Shown: in pieces, positions 18,312 through 29,300 of the stretch
How positions within the stretch are numbered: the first letter of the stretch is position 1
Layout: each line of letters starts with the position of its first letter
Source: Candidatus Aminicenantes bacterium UBA4820
GTDB lineage: Bacteria; Acidobacteriota; UBA4820
Assembly (NCBI GenBank): GCA_002402325.1
Contig: DHFQ01000099.1
Location: 1-38,850, forward strand
Direction: 5' to 3'
DNA: 38,850 bases
Notes under the pieces: generated by a model
What the model saw: only the letters and a program-made list of their open reading frames with translations
Database searches by the model: none
Told to the model about the DNA's origin: nothing
Made by a program: the position numbers and the translations under genes

Positions 18312-21300
18312 TCAGTAATAACTTATATCGGATCCCCTTGGTCTTGCCTTGTTTGGGTATGGTGGTGGCGGTGGAATTTCTTTCGGGTTTTCCTTTATCT
18401 TATCAAGGAGATAACGGACCACAGTCTCAAGTTGAGTGTCTTTACCATCTAAAACATCCTCTGGCATATTTTCAACCTCAAAATCAGGATCTACGCCTCT
18501 TCCCTCAATTAGCCATTTTCTATCAAGAGAATAAAGTCCAAATTGTGGCGGAGTTACTGTTCCTCCATCGATCAAATCTTCGTGTGCTTCAATTCCTTCC
18601 GCGCCTCCCCATGTTCTTTTGCCGAAAATTTTTCCAAGTTGCTTCACCCTGAACGCTGTTGCAAAAAATTCTCCGCAGGAGCCTGTATCTTCATTGATTA
18701 TGAGGGCAAGGTGAGAGTAAACCCCCTTTTCTGGATTTAGAGAGGGTTTTCCCTCTCTCGGTTGTGTTACAGCCCATACTGTCCTTGAAAGCCTTTCAAT
18801 TATCATATCCCCTGTGAATCCGCCTGCATTATACCTATCATCTATAATTATTGCAGGTTTATCAAGTTGAGAATAGTATGTCCTTGCAAACTCCTTTAAA
18901 CCCTCTTCCTGCATATCGGGAAGATGGACATAGCCAATCTTTCCGTTTGAAAGTTTTGACACCTTCTCTCTATTTTCATCAACCCAAACTCTGTATCTTA
19001 GATTCATCTCATTTTTTATTGGATTCACTAAAACATTCTTTGCGGCCTCTTTTTGAGGCTTATCATTTATCATAAGTTCAACAATTTTGTTCCTGTTTTC
19101 AAGAAGAGAGTAAAAGTTTATTTCCTTCTTTGCCTCTTTACCATCAACTGAGATGATGTAATCTCCCACTTTTACTGAGGTTCCATAAAATGGTGATTTA
19201 ATTTGAGGATCAACCTCTTCAGGAATATAAATTTTAGTTATTTTGGGATAAGATTCATCAAAATTGAGATCAACGCCAAGAAGTACCGAAGAAACCTTTT
19301 TGGGATCAACCCTCAAGTCGCCTCCCCAGACATAGGTGTGTCCGACATTCAACTCCGCAATGAGTTCACCAACTAAATAGTTTAAATCGCTTCTATTTCC
19401 ACACTCGGGGACAAAGGCAAGAAGTTTGTTCTTTAATCCTTCAAAATCAACGCCGTGGAGGTTTTTGTCGTAAAACCAATCTCTTTGAATTCTGTAAGCC
19501 TCGTTGAAAATCTGGGTAAACTCCTCTTTGAAATTTATTTTAAATTTTGCAGATGAAAAATCAATCGATCCATCACCAACATTCCCTTTGCCATTTGATT
19601 CAATCAAACCAAATTTATTTCCCGATTTATAGACAATCTTTTTTCTGTCAAAGGATAGATGGTAGTTGTTTATCCCCTTTATACCATCGCTCAATTTTTT
19701 ATCTTTTAAGTTGTAACTCAAAAGGTTGTATTTTCCATCTGTTTTGTCTGTTACCACCGTGTAGCAGTTTTCAAAAACGGGTTCCTCTTCCTTCAACATC
19801 AGAAAGCCATCATCTGTTGCTTCAAGCCTGAAACACATTCCCGGCTCAACATTTTCAACTGCAAAAGTCCTATTAATCAATCCAACAGGATCAACCTTTG
19901 ATTGATTTACTGGAAGAGTTTTAGATTTATCCTTTGAATCGACCTTTTCATCCTTTTTCTCCTCTTTTTGTTCAAAGGTCGGGGCGAATGGATTTGACTC
20001 ATCTTTAGAAAGAACTATGAGATATGGTTTTGTCATATTTAAAAAGATGTGCTCCTGATCAACAACTCCCATTATTGGTTCAAAGTTTCTGTTTGAAAGG
20101 AAGTAGAGATACTTTCCCTTTGGGTCAAAAGAAGGGCTGAAATTCTCATAAAGATTGGTTGTTACAGGATAGGACTTTTTCTCTGCAATTGAGTAAAGAA
20201 AGATTTGCTCATAAGTGTTTGCCATTTTCTTTGTGTATGCTATCCACTTGCTATCAGGAGAAAAAAGGTAATCCTGAATTCCCCATCTTTCCCAACCATC
20301 ATCATATTCTCCCTGATCAACTGTATCAAGTTTTCCTGTTGTTGTATCAAGAAGGTTCAACTTCATATATTTATCGTGAAATAGTAAATACTTTGAATCA
20401 GGAGACCAAACAAGGTTCGTCCTGAATCCTTTATTTCCACTTGTTAACTGCTTTGGCTCTTTCTCTCCCTTTGAATCAATGAGATATATCTCCTCTTCAC
20501 CTGTTTTATCTGAAATAAATGCAATCCACTTTCCATCAGGTGAAAAAATTGGATTCTTCTCCCTTACTCCGCTTGTATTTGTAAGATTTTTAGGAAGTCC
20601 TTTCTCCTTTTCTGTGGGAATTGTCAAAATTTCACCCCTACTTTCAAGAAGAAAGGTTTTACCATCGGGAGATAGACCAAAACTCCCCGTAACTTCGGTT
20701 GGATCAACATAATCCTCCCGTATCTTCGCCCTATCTGAAACCATTCTTAAAATTACTGGAATTATAGTTTCGTTATCAAGGTTTAGTATGTGCAATTGTT
20801 CTTTATATTGAAAAATGATTTTTCCATCTCCAAGCGACGGGAACTTTATATCAAAATCATCAAAGTGAGTTATCGCTCTTACCTCTTTTGTGTTTATGTC
20901 ATATCTAAAGATGTTCATCGTTCCCTTTTCTCTATCGGATAGAAAATAGATGCCATCTTTATACCACATCGGGAAGTTGTCCATCCCTCTCCACTGTGCG
21001 ATTATTTTGTAATCGTGTGTTTCAAGGCTTCCCATCCATATATCCTGAGCGTCACCGCCCTCATGTCTTTTCCATGTTGCAGTCTCACCGGGCAATCTGC
21101 AATAAGCAATACTTTTTCCATCGGGAGAAATTGTGGCAAGTCCGCCCCTGTCAACGGGAAGTTTTCTTTCATTCCCTCCATCAATACTAACTGAATAAAT
21201 CTGCTCCCCTCTAAATGGATACTCTCTTCTTGTCCTGAAGAGAATATTTTTGCTATCTGGTGTCCACCCTGTAACTAAATCAGCGGAAGGGTGATATGTA

Positions 21301-21596
21301 AGTCTTCGCGGCTCTCCTCCACCTATCGGCATTACATAAACATCAACGCCACCATCGTATTCACCGGTAAAGGCAATCCATTTTCCGTCGGGACTGATTT
21401 TGGCATACCTCTCCTCACCTTTATCTGATGTAATCCTGTAAGCATCTCCACCCTTTATTGAACCTTTCCACAAATCTCCCTCATAAGTAAAAACGACTGT
21501 ATCGTCGTTAACATCGGCATACCTCATCAAGTGTTCCTGCGAAAAGGTAAAAATTGAAAAGACAACCATCACTGCTAAAAATAAAAATTTTTTCAT
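18312..21596 (-). CDS. Tricorn-protease homologue (beta-propellers + PDZ + S41 peptidase)
   Basis: 1094-aa ORF with a signal peptide. The N-terminus has TolB/WD40-like repeats (ISPDGKWIAF, FSPDGKWIAF, WSPDSKYLLF, FSPDSKWIAY). The C-terminus has an S41-type region: DDRYNAGG...INEDTGSCGEFFA...GKRTWGG. Confidence 0.85.
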   Translation of the reverse strand: MKKFLFLAVMVVFSIFTFSQEHLMRYADVNDDTVVFTYEGDLWKGSIKGGDAYRITSDKGEERYAKISPDGKWIAFTGEYDGGVDVYVMPIGGGEPRRLTYHPSADLVTGWTPDSKNILFRTRREYPFRGEQIYSVSIDGGNERKLPVDRGGLATISPDGKSIAYCRLPGETATWKRHEGGDAQDIWMGSLETHDYKIIAQWRGMDNFPMWYKDGIYFLSDREKGTMNIFRYDINTKEVRAITHFDDFDIKFPSLGDGKIIFQYKEQLHILNLDNETIIPVILRMVSDRAKIREDYVDPTEVTGSFGLSPDGKTFLLESRGEILTIPTEKEKGLPKNLTNTSGVREKNPIFSPDGKWIAFISDKTGEEEIYLIDSKGEKEPKQLTSGNKGFRTNLVWSPDSKYLLFHDKYMKLNLLDTTTGKLDTVDQGEYDDGWERWGIQDYLFSPDSKWIAYTKKMANTYEQIFLYSIAEKKSYPVTTNLYENFSPSFDPKGKYLYFLSNRNFEPIMGVVDQEHIFLNMTKPYLIVLSKDESNPFAPTFEQKEEKKDEKVDSKDKSKTLPVNQSKVDPVGLINRTFAVENVEPGMCFRLEATDDGFLMLKEEEPVFENCYTVVTDKTDGKYNLLSYNLKDKKLSDGIKGINNYHLSFDRKKIVYKSGNKFGLIESNGKGNVGDGSIDFSSAKFKINFKEEFTQIFNEAYRIQRDWFYDKNLHGVDFEGLKNKLLAFVPECGNRSDLNYLVGELIAELNVGHTYVWGGDLRVDPKKVSSVLLGVDLNFDESYPKITKIYIPEEVDPQIKSPFYGTSVKVGDYIISVDGKEAKKEINFYSLLENRNKIVELMINDKPQKEAAKNVLVNPIKNEMNLRYRVWVDENREKVSKLSNGKIGYVHLPDMQEEGLKEFARTYYSQLDKPAIIIDDRYNAGGFTGDMIIERLSRTVWAVTQPREGKPSLNPEKGVYSHLALIINEDTGSCGEFFATAFRVKQLGKIFGKRTWGGAEGIEAHEDLIDGGTVTPPQFGLYSLDRKWLIEGRGVDPDFEVENMPEDVLDGKDTQLETVVRYLLDKIKENPKEIPPPPPYPNKARPRGSDISYY

Positions 21597-21644
21597 TAAA
21601 TCACCTCCATTTAAACTTCTACGAATTTAAAGATAAAATTGTTT

Positions 21645-22031
21645 TCATTGAACGGGATTGTAATCATCTTTACTTTTATTTTTTACAAGATTTGCAAGCG
21701 GAAATAGAAAGATAATGCTCAAACCGGAAAGTGCTATCAATCTGAAAGCGGTATCCTTTTGGGTATAAATAAAATAAATTAAAAGCCCCATCAAAGCGGG
21801 AATTTCAGCAATCGCATAGTTAACCAGGTAGTGAATTTCCCTCAAGGATTTAAAATATTTCAAAAGGTGGGGAAGAATTGCAAAAATTGCCCCCCATATC
21901 AAAACCCATGTCGGGTTTATGGTGCTTTCCTTTTGCTCAACTTTTACCATTGCAACAACTATTGCATAAAATCCAATGCTTAAAAGAAAAGAAAACCAGA
22001 TTGTTAATCTTACCAATTTTTCTTTATTCAC
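21645..22031 (-). CDS. small integral membrane protein, function unknown
   Basis: 128-aa ORF with about four hydrophobic helices. The GTG start is preceded by GGAGGA and overlaps the rmuC stop by 8 nt. Confidence 0.55.
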   Translation of the reverse strand: MNKEKLVRLTIWFSFLLSIGFYAIVVAMVKVEQKESTINPTWVLIWGAIFAILPHLLKYFKSLREIHYLVNYAIAEIPALMGLLIYFIYTQKDTAFRLIALSGLSIIFLFPLANLVKNKSKDDYNPVQ

Positions 22032-23325
22032 CCTTATCCTCCATCTTCCAGTCGGACGATTTTAATTCCCTCGTTATTTCCGTTACCTCTTTGGATTCCG
22101 CTATTTCTTTTGATGGATTTAACTTAAAAAGTTCCCTCCCCTTAGAAAAGACATTTCTTTCAACGCTTCCAACAAAGACATTGTAACTTTCAACTGCTTT
22201 GTGGAGGGACTTTCCCAATTCCTGAAGGTGTCCGCTTGAATTACAGAGATTCTCATAAATTGCTTTAGCCTTTTCAAGGATCGCTTTTGCTTCAATCTCA
22301 AGTTCAACTTGAGTCCAGCCATAAGAAATTGCTTTAAGTAAAGAAATTAAAGTCAAAGGAGATGCGGGGATAACCCTCTGTTTTGCACAATCTTCAATGA
22401 AGGAGGGATCGTTTGAAATGACAGTTGAAAAGAGAGCCTCCGAAGGTAGAAACATAATTACAAAATCAAGACTTCCTTCAAGTTTGTTGAAATACTCCTT
22501 TTTCCCCAACTCTTCGACTCTCTTTCTTACATTCTCAATAATTTTTTTCAAATTATCACCATCACCGTTTCCTGCAAGAGCATTTAAAAAAGCAGAAATT
22601 GGCGCCTTTGCATCGACTATGATTTTTCTTCCCTGCGGGAGATGAACCACAAGGTCGGGTCTGTAAGTCTCACCATCTCCTTTTAAAGAAACCTGCTTAT
22701 TGTAATCACAATGTTCAACCATTCCCGCAAGTTCAACAATTCTTTGAAGTTGAATTTCTCCCCAGTTGCCGCTCCCCTTTGAGCTTCTTAGAGCGTTTAA
22801 AAGATCTGTCGTTGTTTTATCAAGTTTTCCATAGTTACTTTCAATCTTCGTGTAAGCGCTCTCTCTTTTCAATTCAATTTCTCTAACCGCAGAATCAAAA
22901 CTCTTTAAGGATTTTTCCAATTCAGCAATTTTTGTTGTTATCTCGTTTCCCTTTTCACCCAATACTCCCTTTGTATCCTTCTCAATTGATTTCAAACTCT
23001 CAAGGGCTAATTCTACAAATGACTTAGAATTGTTATTTAGAACATCAAAGGCGAGGGCAGAAAAAGTTTCTCTAAATTTCTCTTCAGTCTTTTTAAGAAG
23101 ATTCTCCTGTTCCGCAAAGTTCTTCCTCTCCATTTCAAGAGTGGTTTCAATCTTTGTGATTTCATTTTTAAGATTAGAAATTTCAGACTCTTTTTCTGTT
23201 AACAAAGATTGAATTTTCTCATTTTGAGAAATAAGATTCTTTTTATCCCGTGAAAACAAAAAATGGTAACAAACAAATCCAAAAATGCCACCGATAATAA
23301 AACTTAAAAGAATATAGAATTCCAT
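22024..23325 (-). CDS. rmuC: DNA recombination protein RmuC
   Basis: 433-aa ORF with an N-terminal TM helix, a long coiled-coil, and a C-terminal RmuC nuclease-like core (RPDLVVHLPQGRKIIVDAKAP...DFVIMFLPSEALF). Confidence 0.88.
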   Translation of the reverse strand: MEFYILLSFIIGGIFGFVCYHFLFSRDKKNLISQNEKIQSLLTEKESEISNLKNEITKIETTLEMERKNFAEQENLLKKTEEKFRETFSALAFDVLNNNSKSFVELALESLKSIEKDTKGVLGEKGNEITTKIAELEKSLKSFDSAVREIELKRESAYTKIESNYGKLDKTTTDLLNALRSSKGSGNWGEIQLQRIVELAGMVEHCDYNKQVSLKGDGETYRPDLVVHLPQGRKIIVDAKAPISAFLNALAGNGDGDNLKKIIENVRKRVEELGKKEYFNKLEGSLDFVIMFLPSEALFSTVISNDPSFIEDCAKQRVIPASPLTLISLLKAISYGWTQVELEIEAKAILEKAKAIYENLCNSSGHLQELGKSLHKAVESYNVFVGSVERNVFSKGRELFKLNPSKEIAESKEVTEITRELKSSDWKMEDKGE

Positions 23326-23370
23326 TCAAACTCCAGACAGAGATTTTACCAGAAATTTTAAAGAAAATTA

Positions 23371-23398
23371 AAAGGGGCGGTTTCCCGCCCCTTTTTTT
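23371..23398 (-). terminator. intrinsic terminator of the giant repeat-protein gene
   Basis: On the minus strand: GGGGCGG-GAAA-CCGCCCC followed by TTTTAATTTT. It begins immediately after the TAA stop. Confidence 0.7.
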
Positions 23399-26300
23399 AT
23401 TGACAATGAGTTTCAATATCTGTGAATGTCATTCCTGAACCTGCTGGCCCCATACAACTTGTGGTATTTGGATCGGTTCCATTGTAACCCTGAACTATGT
23501 AGTAGTAACATCTTCCTGAAACGCCACTCGGGTCATCTGATGAAATTGTCAAGGTAGTCTGAGCCCCATAAGAGTGACAATCAAAGGTTGTTGTTGCACT
23601 TGATAGGGAAGGTAGATCATCCTTAATTCCTCTGATCGCTCGGTAGTTATCAGCACTTATTGTACTCCAATTGAATTCACTTTTTTCCTGATTGATATTC
23701 AATAAGGTAACTTCTTCCGTTGGTGCTGAGCAACCACCGCTGCAGTTTGTTGCAAAAACTCTAAAATCTGCGGATGTTCCAGGACATCCACCACTTCTTG
23801 TAACTTCAACCTTGTACAAACCGGGTTGATCTGCCTGATAAAAGCGTGAAGTTGCTCCATTTATTTGAACGCCATCTTTATACCACTGATAAGTTGCAAA
23901 AGGTTCCGTTGAAAGAAGAATACCCAAACTACAGTTATCCCCGTATAAAGGAAGTGCCCCGTAGTAAGGTCTTTTTATTCCTCTTAATGTTGTAAGGTCT
24001 CCTCCAACAAAAATGTTGGGTTCAGAAAGAAAAGTTGCGTAAATAGTATTATCTGATGAATAAACCCAATCGGTAATTAAACTCCCTGTGTTTGAATTAA
24101 CGAGTCCTATTTTACTTACAGGAGAGCCTCCAATTGCTGTAAATGCACCAGCAACATAGGCATAAAGACCATCCGAAGAGAGTTGTAGAGAATAGACCGT
24201 TCCACCAGCGACATTTGGATTAAAAGATGTTGCAGTCCCTGCCATATCAAAACCAGCAACTCTGTTTCTTGTTGTTGAACCGTTTACTGTTGTAAATTCT
24301 CCTCCGACATAAACAGTAGAACCACCTACTGCTATAGTTCTTGCAGTTCCACTTAAGTTAGGGTTCCATGTTGTAGCAATTCCAGTAGATGGATCAAGGG
24401 CGGCAATTCTATTTCTTTGAGTTGAACCATTGACCGTTGTAAAGGCGCCTCCTGCATAAAGAACCCCAGATGAATAGGCAAGTGCATAAACATTTCCACC
24501 CATATTTGGATTAAATGTCGTTGAAAGAGCTCCTGAAGTTAAATCAAATGCCGCTAGCCTATTTCTTGGCTGTCCACCCATTGAAGTAAATTCTCCTCCT
24601 ACATAGAGAGTGGTGCCAGAGATTAAAAGAGATCTTACAACTCCACCCGAGTTGCCATCCCAATCGGCCACTCCTCCAGTTAAAAGGTTAAAAGCGGCAA
24701 TTCTGCTCCTTGGTGATCCTTGAGCAGATGTAAAAGAACCTCCCGCGTATAGGGTGGTTCCATATATTGTAAGAGCATTAACAGAAACTGTCCCCGTGCC
24801 AAAAATGTCTCCATCAAATGTTGTTAATTCTCCCGTCGTAGTATCTATGGATGCTATCTTACCTCTATAACCCCCGCCCAAAGAGGTGAACTCTCCGCCT
24901 ATTGCAATTGCAGAAGAAGAATAGACTATTGTTCTCACATTTGATGAGGTTGCAGCATTGAGAGTGGTAGCTGAACCGGTTGATGAGTTAATTTCTGCAA
25001 AATTTGTCTTTGGCATTAAACCAACATTATTAAAATATCCTCCCGCATAAACCTTTGCCCCGTCAGAAGATACATTCAAAGAATAGACTGCAACACCAGT
25101 GCTTCCACCAATATTTGGATTCCAGTCTGATGGGGTTCCAGTTGATGAATCAAGTGCAGCAATTCTATTTCTTGTTTGACCACCAACAGTTGTAAATGTT
25201 CCTCCGATATATACGGTAGTGTCATAAACATCAATGGAATAAACAACATTCCCAACGTTGGGGTTGAACGAAGATAATAAACTTCCGCTAACAAGGTCGT
25301 AAGCAGCCATTCTATTTTTTGCTGAACCTGACGCCGAAGTAAATGACCCACCAATATAAAGAGTGCTTTCAGAGACTGCAAGGGCGTAGACTATATTGTT
25401 TATATTTGGATTCCATGTTGTAGGAACGCCTGTAAGTTCGTCAATTTGAGCCAACCTGTTGTAAGTTTGTCCACCTATTGTTGTGAATGAACCTCCAATG
25501 ACCAATTTACCGCCATATTCTCCCATAGCATAGACGATATTATTTACATTAGGATCAAATCCTGTTAACTGCCCTGTTGTAGTATCCAGTGCTGCAAGTC
25601 TGTTTCTCGTTACTGTATTAACTTTTGTAAACGCTCCTCCCACATAAAGTTTTGTCCCACTTAAATAGATAGCCCATACGGCACCATCTGTAAAGGGAGT
25701 AAAATCTTGATCTATACTTAAATCAGATTTTATATGTGCAAGGTTCTGTCTTGTGTAACCTCCAACTCTATCGAAAAGTCCTCCTATGTAGTAACCACCA
25801 CTTCCATCGGGTGCAATGGTATAAACCGTTCCCTGAACTTTTGGAAAATCGGGATTCCTCTGCCCTGTTGCAGGATTTATGGTTGTTACACAACCTGTAT
25901 AAGGACCAACATAGGTAAAATCACCGCCAATAAAAAGATTGTTTTCATAAGAAGCAAAACTTCTCACCGCGTCGTTGGTAACAAAATAATTGTCCGTATT
26001 TTGATAAATATACGGTCCTGGCGGGTCAAGGTTGACCCAATGCCCTAACGAAGATTGTGCCGAACACCCGTTACTGTCAGTAATTTGAACAGTGTAATAA
26101 TTAAATCCACTTTGGGTGGTCTGATAACTTTGAGAGGTTGCTCCTGTAATCGCGGTTCCATTTGCATACCACTGGTAGGTTGAATAACTTTGTGTATTGA
26201 GTAGAGTTCCGGAAGTAGGACAACCAGAAGATGCTCCAAGAATTGATGGTGGAACAGGAGGATCATAAATTGTTACCGCATACCCTTCCGAAGTTCCTAT

Positions 26301-29300
26301 ACATCCATGGCTATCTGTAACTCTTACCTTATATGTTCCACTTACAATAGCAGTGTAATTTCTTGTTGTTGCATTAGGAATATCAACTCCATCTTTTATC
26401 CACTGATAATTTGAATAGGTAGTAGTCGTTGAAAGTGCTGAGAAACAAGCAGGTCCATGGTCACCAGTAATTTGAGGTACGGGAGGTGGGTAAAAGGTTA
26501 CTACTTTTGCGGCTGACATTCCAACACATCCATTCGCATCCGAAACTTCAACGGTATAAGAACCTGATTGTGTAGCATCATAATTTTGAAGCGTTGCTCC
26601 ACCTATAGGAACACCACCTAAATACCACTGGTATGAAACAAAAGAGCCTGTTGAAAGAGTAACTATACCCCCTTCACAACCTGAAGTGCTACCGGTAATC
26701 GTTGGGGCAGGATAGTTTGAAATTGAATAGGCAGAAGAAGTCCCACTACAACCGTTCACATCGGTTACAACAACAGTATATGAGCCATTTGCTGTTGCAA
26801 GATACTCGCTTGATGTCGCACCTGGAATGTCAGTTGAGCCCAGTTTCCACTGGTAAGTTACAAATTCTTCTGTTGTTGATAAAAGCGTTGGACAGCCCTC
26901 CTGTGTTCCTTCAACACCGGGGGTTGGATTTTGATATATAGTAAGGGTAAATTCAGATGAAGTTCCAGTGCATCCGTGGCTATCCGTGACTCTTACCCGA
27001 TATGCTCCACCTGTCTTTGCTGTATAAGTTTGGCTCGTTGCACCGCTTATATCAGTGCCATCCAGAATCCATTGATAAGATGAGAAAGTTCCTGTGCTTA
27101 AAGAAACACCAGGTGTTACGCATCCACTACTGTCTCCACTAATTGTTGGTTGGGGATATCCCCAGCAATCAACTCTGTGTGGGATTCCCTCGCACACCGT
27201 ATTGTCCGGTAAAGTTACCCTGACATTATAAACTCCTGTTTCAGTAACATAGTAACTTTGTTCAGTGGCTCCAACTATGTCAACATCGTCTTTTATCCAC
27301 TGATATGTTGAGTATGTCCCTGTTGTAAGTATAACAGGACCAGAGCCACACGCCTCATAGTATCCAATGACCTGCGGTGGAGGCTCATAAACTCCTCCTG
27401 AAGAGAAGGCTCCACTCCCCCCCCAGACAACCATTTTCTGACCCGTCCAGATTGCTGTGTGTAATGATCTCGGTGTTGGGTATCCTTGATCCTGTGAAAT
27501 CGTTGTCCAACTATTGGAATAAGGATTGAACCTGCTCCCATCGTCTCTATTTATTCCATTTGTATCGATTCCTCCAAAGACAATCATCTCTTCCCCTGTC
27601 CAGACTGCTGTATGGTTTTTCCTTGCCTGAGGAACATTTACGAGCGATGTTGCTGTCCATTTGTTCGTAACAGGATTGTAGATTCCGCCAGTGTAATAGG
27701 GGGTAGTACTAACTCCTCCCCAAACGATCATTGATTTAATTTGTTCTGCCCAAACAGCGGTGTGATAATACCTTGAAAGTGGAGCGTTTGTAGTTGTAAT
27801 CAATGTCCAGGAATTGGTGGTTGGGTTATACATACCACCTGTGCCCATTACACTTCCATTAAATCCACCCCAGACTATCATCACATTTCCTGACCAAACT
27901 GCGGCATGGTCTTTTCTTGAACCAGGGGCAGATGTTGTAGAAGTAGGAGTCCATGAGTTTGTCTCAGGATTATATCTTCCACCGGTATTCAAGTAACTGC
28001 TTCCAGAATATCCTCCCCAGACTATCATTTCTGTTCCTGACCAGACAGCGGTATGGTTTTGTCTTGCTGTTGGTCCAGAATCTGTTGATGTTGCAGACCA
28101 TGTATCGGTTGCGACATTGTATAAGCCACCACTATCCAACTGATGTTCAGTTCCATCGTAATAGTTACCGCCCCAGACTATCATATCAGTTCCTGTCCAT
28201 ATCGCCGTATGGTATCTTCTTCCTATAGGGCAGGGCGGCAAAATTGATGTTGAACTAAAGCTATCTGTCGCAAGATTATATTTTCCACCAGTGTTTAACT
28301 GAAGTGTTGGACCGAGGCTCTCTCCTCCCCAGATAATCATCTCTGTTCCTGTCCAGACCGCGGTGTGATACTGCCTTCCTGCTGGAACATTTGTACCTAA
28401 CGAAGTTGCACTCCAACTGTCTGCTAATGGGTTATATCTACCTCCGCTATTCGTGGGCCAGTAACCTCCCCATACAATCATCTCTGTTCCAGTCCATACC
28501 GCAGTGTGCTGATATCTTGCAGTCGGAGCAGAAGTCGTGGCAGTTGAACTCCAACTATCTGCAACGATGTCATATTTTCCACCCGTTTGAAGGCTTGAAG
28601 TGCCATTTTCCCCGCCCCAGATTATCATTTCTGAAGAAGTAAGAACCGCTGTATGGAACCTTCTTGCAGAAGGAGCATTTGTGGATGAGATCGTTGCCCA
28701 TGTGTCCAATGATGGGTTGTATCTTCCTCCCGAATTTAGGACTACGCTTCCCGCTCCTTCTCCTCCCCACACAATCATCTCATTTCCGGTCATTACTACG
28801 CTATGGTATCTTCTTGCAGAAGGACAATTACCAGAAGTTGATGTCGCTGACCATTCTTGTAATGTAAAGTTATATTGTCCACCGCTATTAAATGGAACAT
28901 CACCTGCACCAGAGCCTCCCCAAACTATCAAGTGTGAGGTTGTAGGGTCAAAAACTGCAGTTGCAAATCTTCTTGCCTCTGGAACAGTTCCCATAGAAGA
29001 TACAGAAGTCCATGTGTCTGTAGATGGATCGTATATTGCTCCGTCATTTAAAAGGGTTCCGGTAGAGGATTCTCCTCCCCAGATAACCATTCCATAGGAT
29101 GGCACCCAAACAGCAGTATGATTTTTCCTTGCAGTGGGACAGGGAGAAGTGAGAGATGTTGCTGTCCAACTATCGGTTGAAGGATTGTATCTTCCTCCGC
29201 TATCAAGGCAGGTCGTCCCATCACTTCCACCCCATACAATCATTTCTGTTCCTGTCCAGACAGCGGTATTTGCGCTTCTTGCGGTAGGAACTCCGCTTTG

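Noticed and set aside
18293-18652. 119-aa plus-strand ORF starting inside the convergent terminator
   Set aside because: It overlaps the 3' end of the Tricorn-homologue CDS on the opposite strand and begins within the terminator hairpin. It has no RBS.
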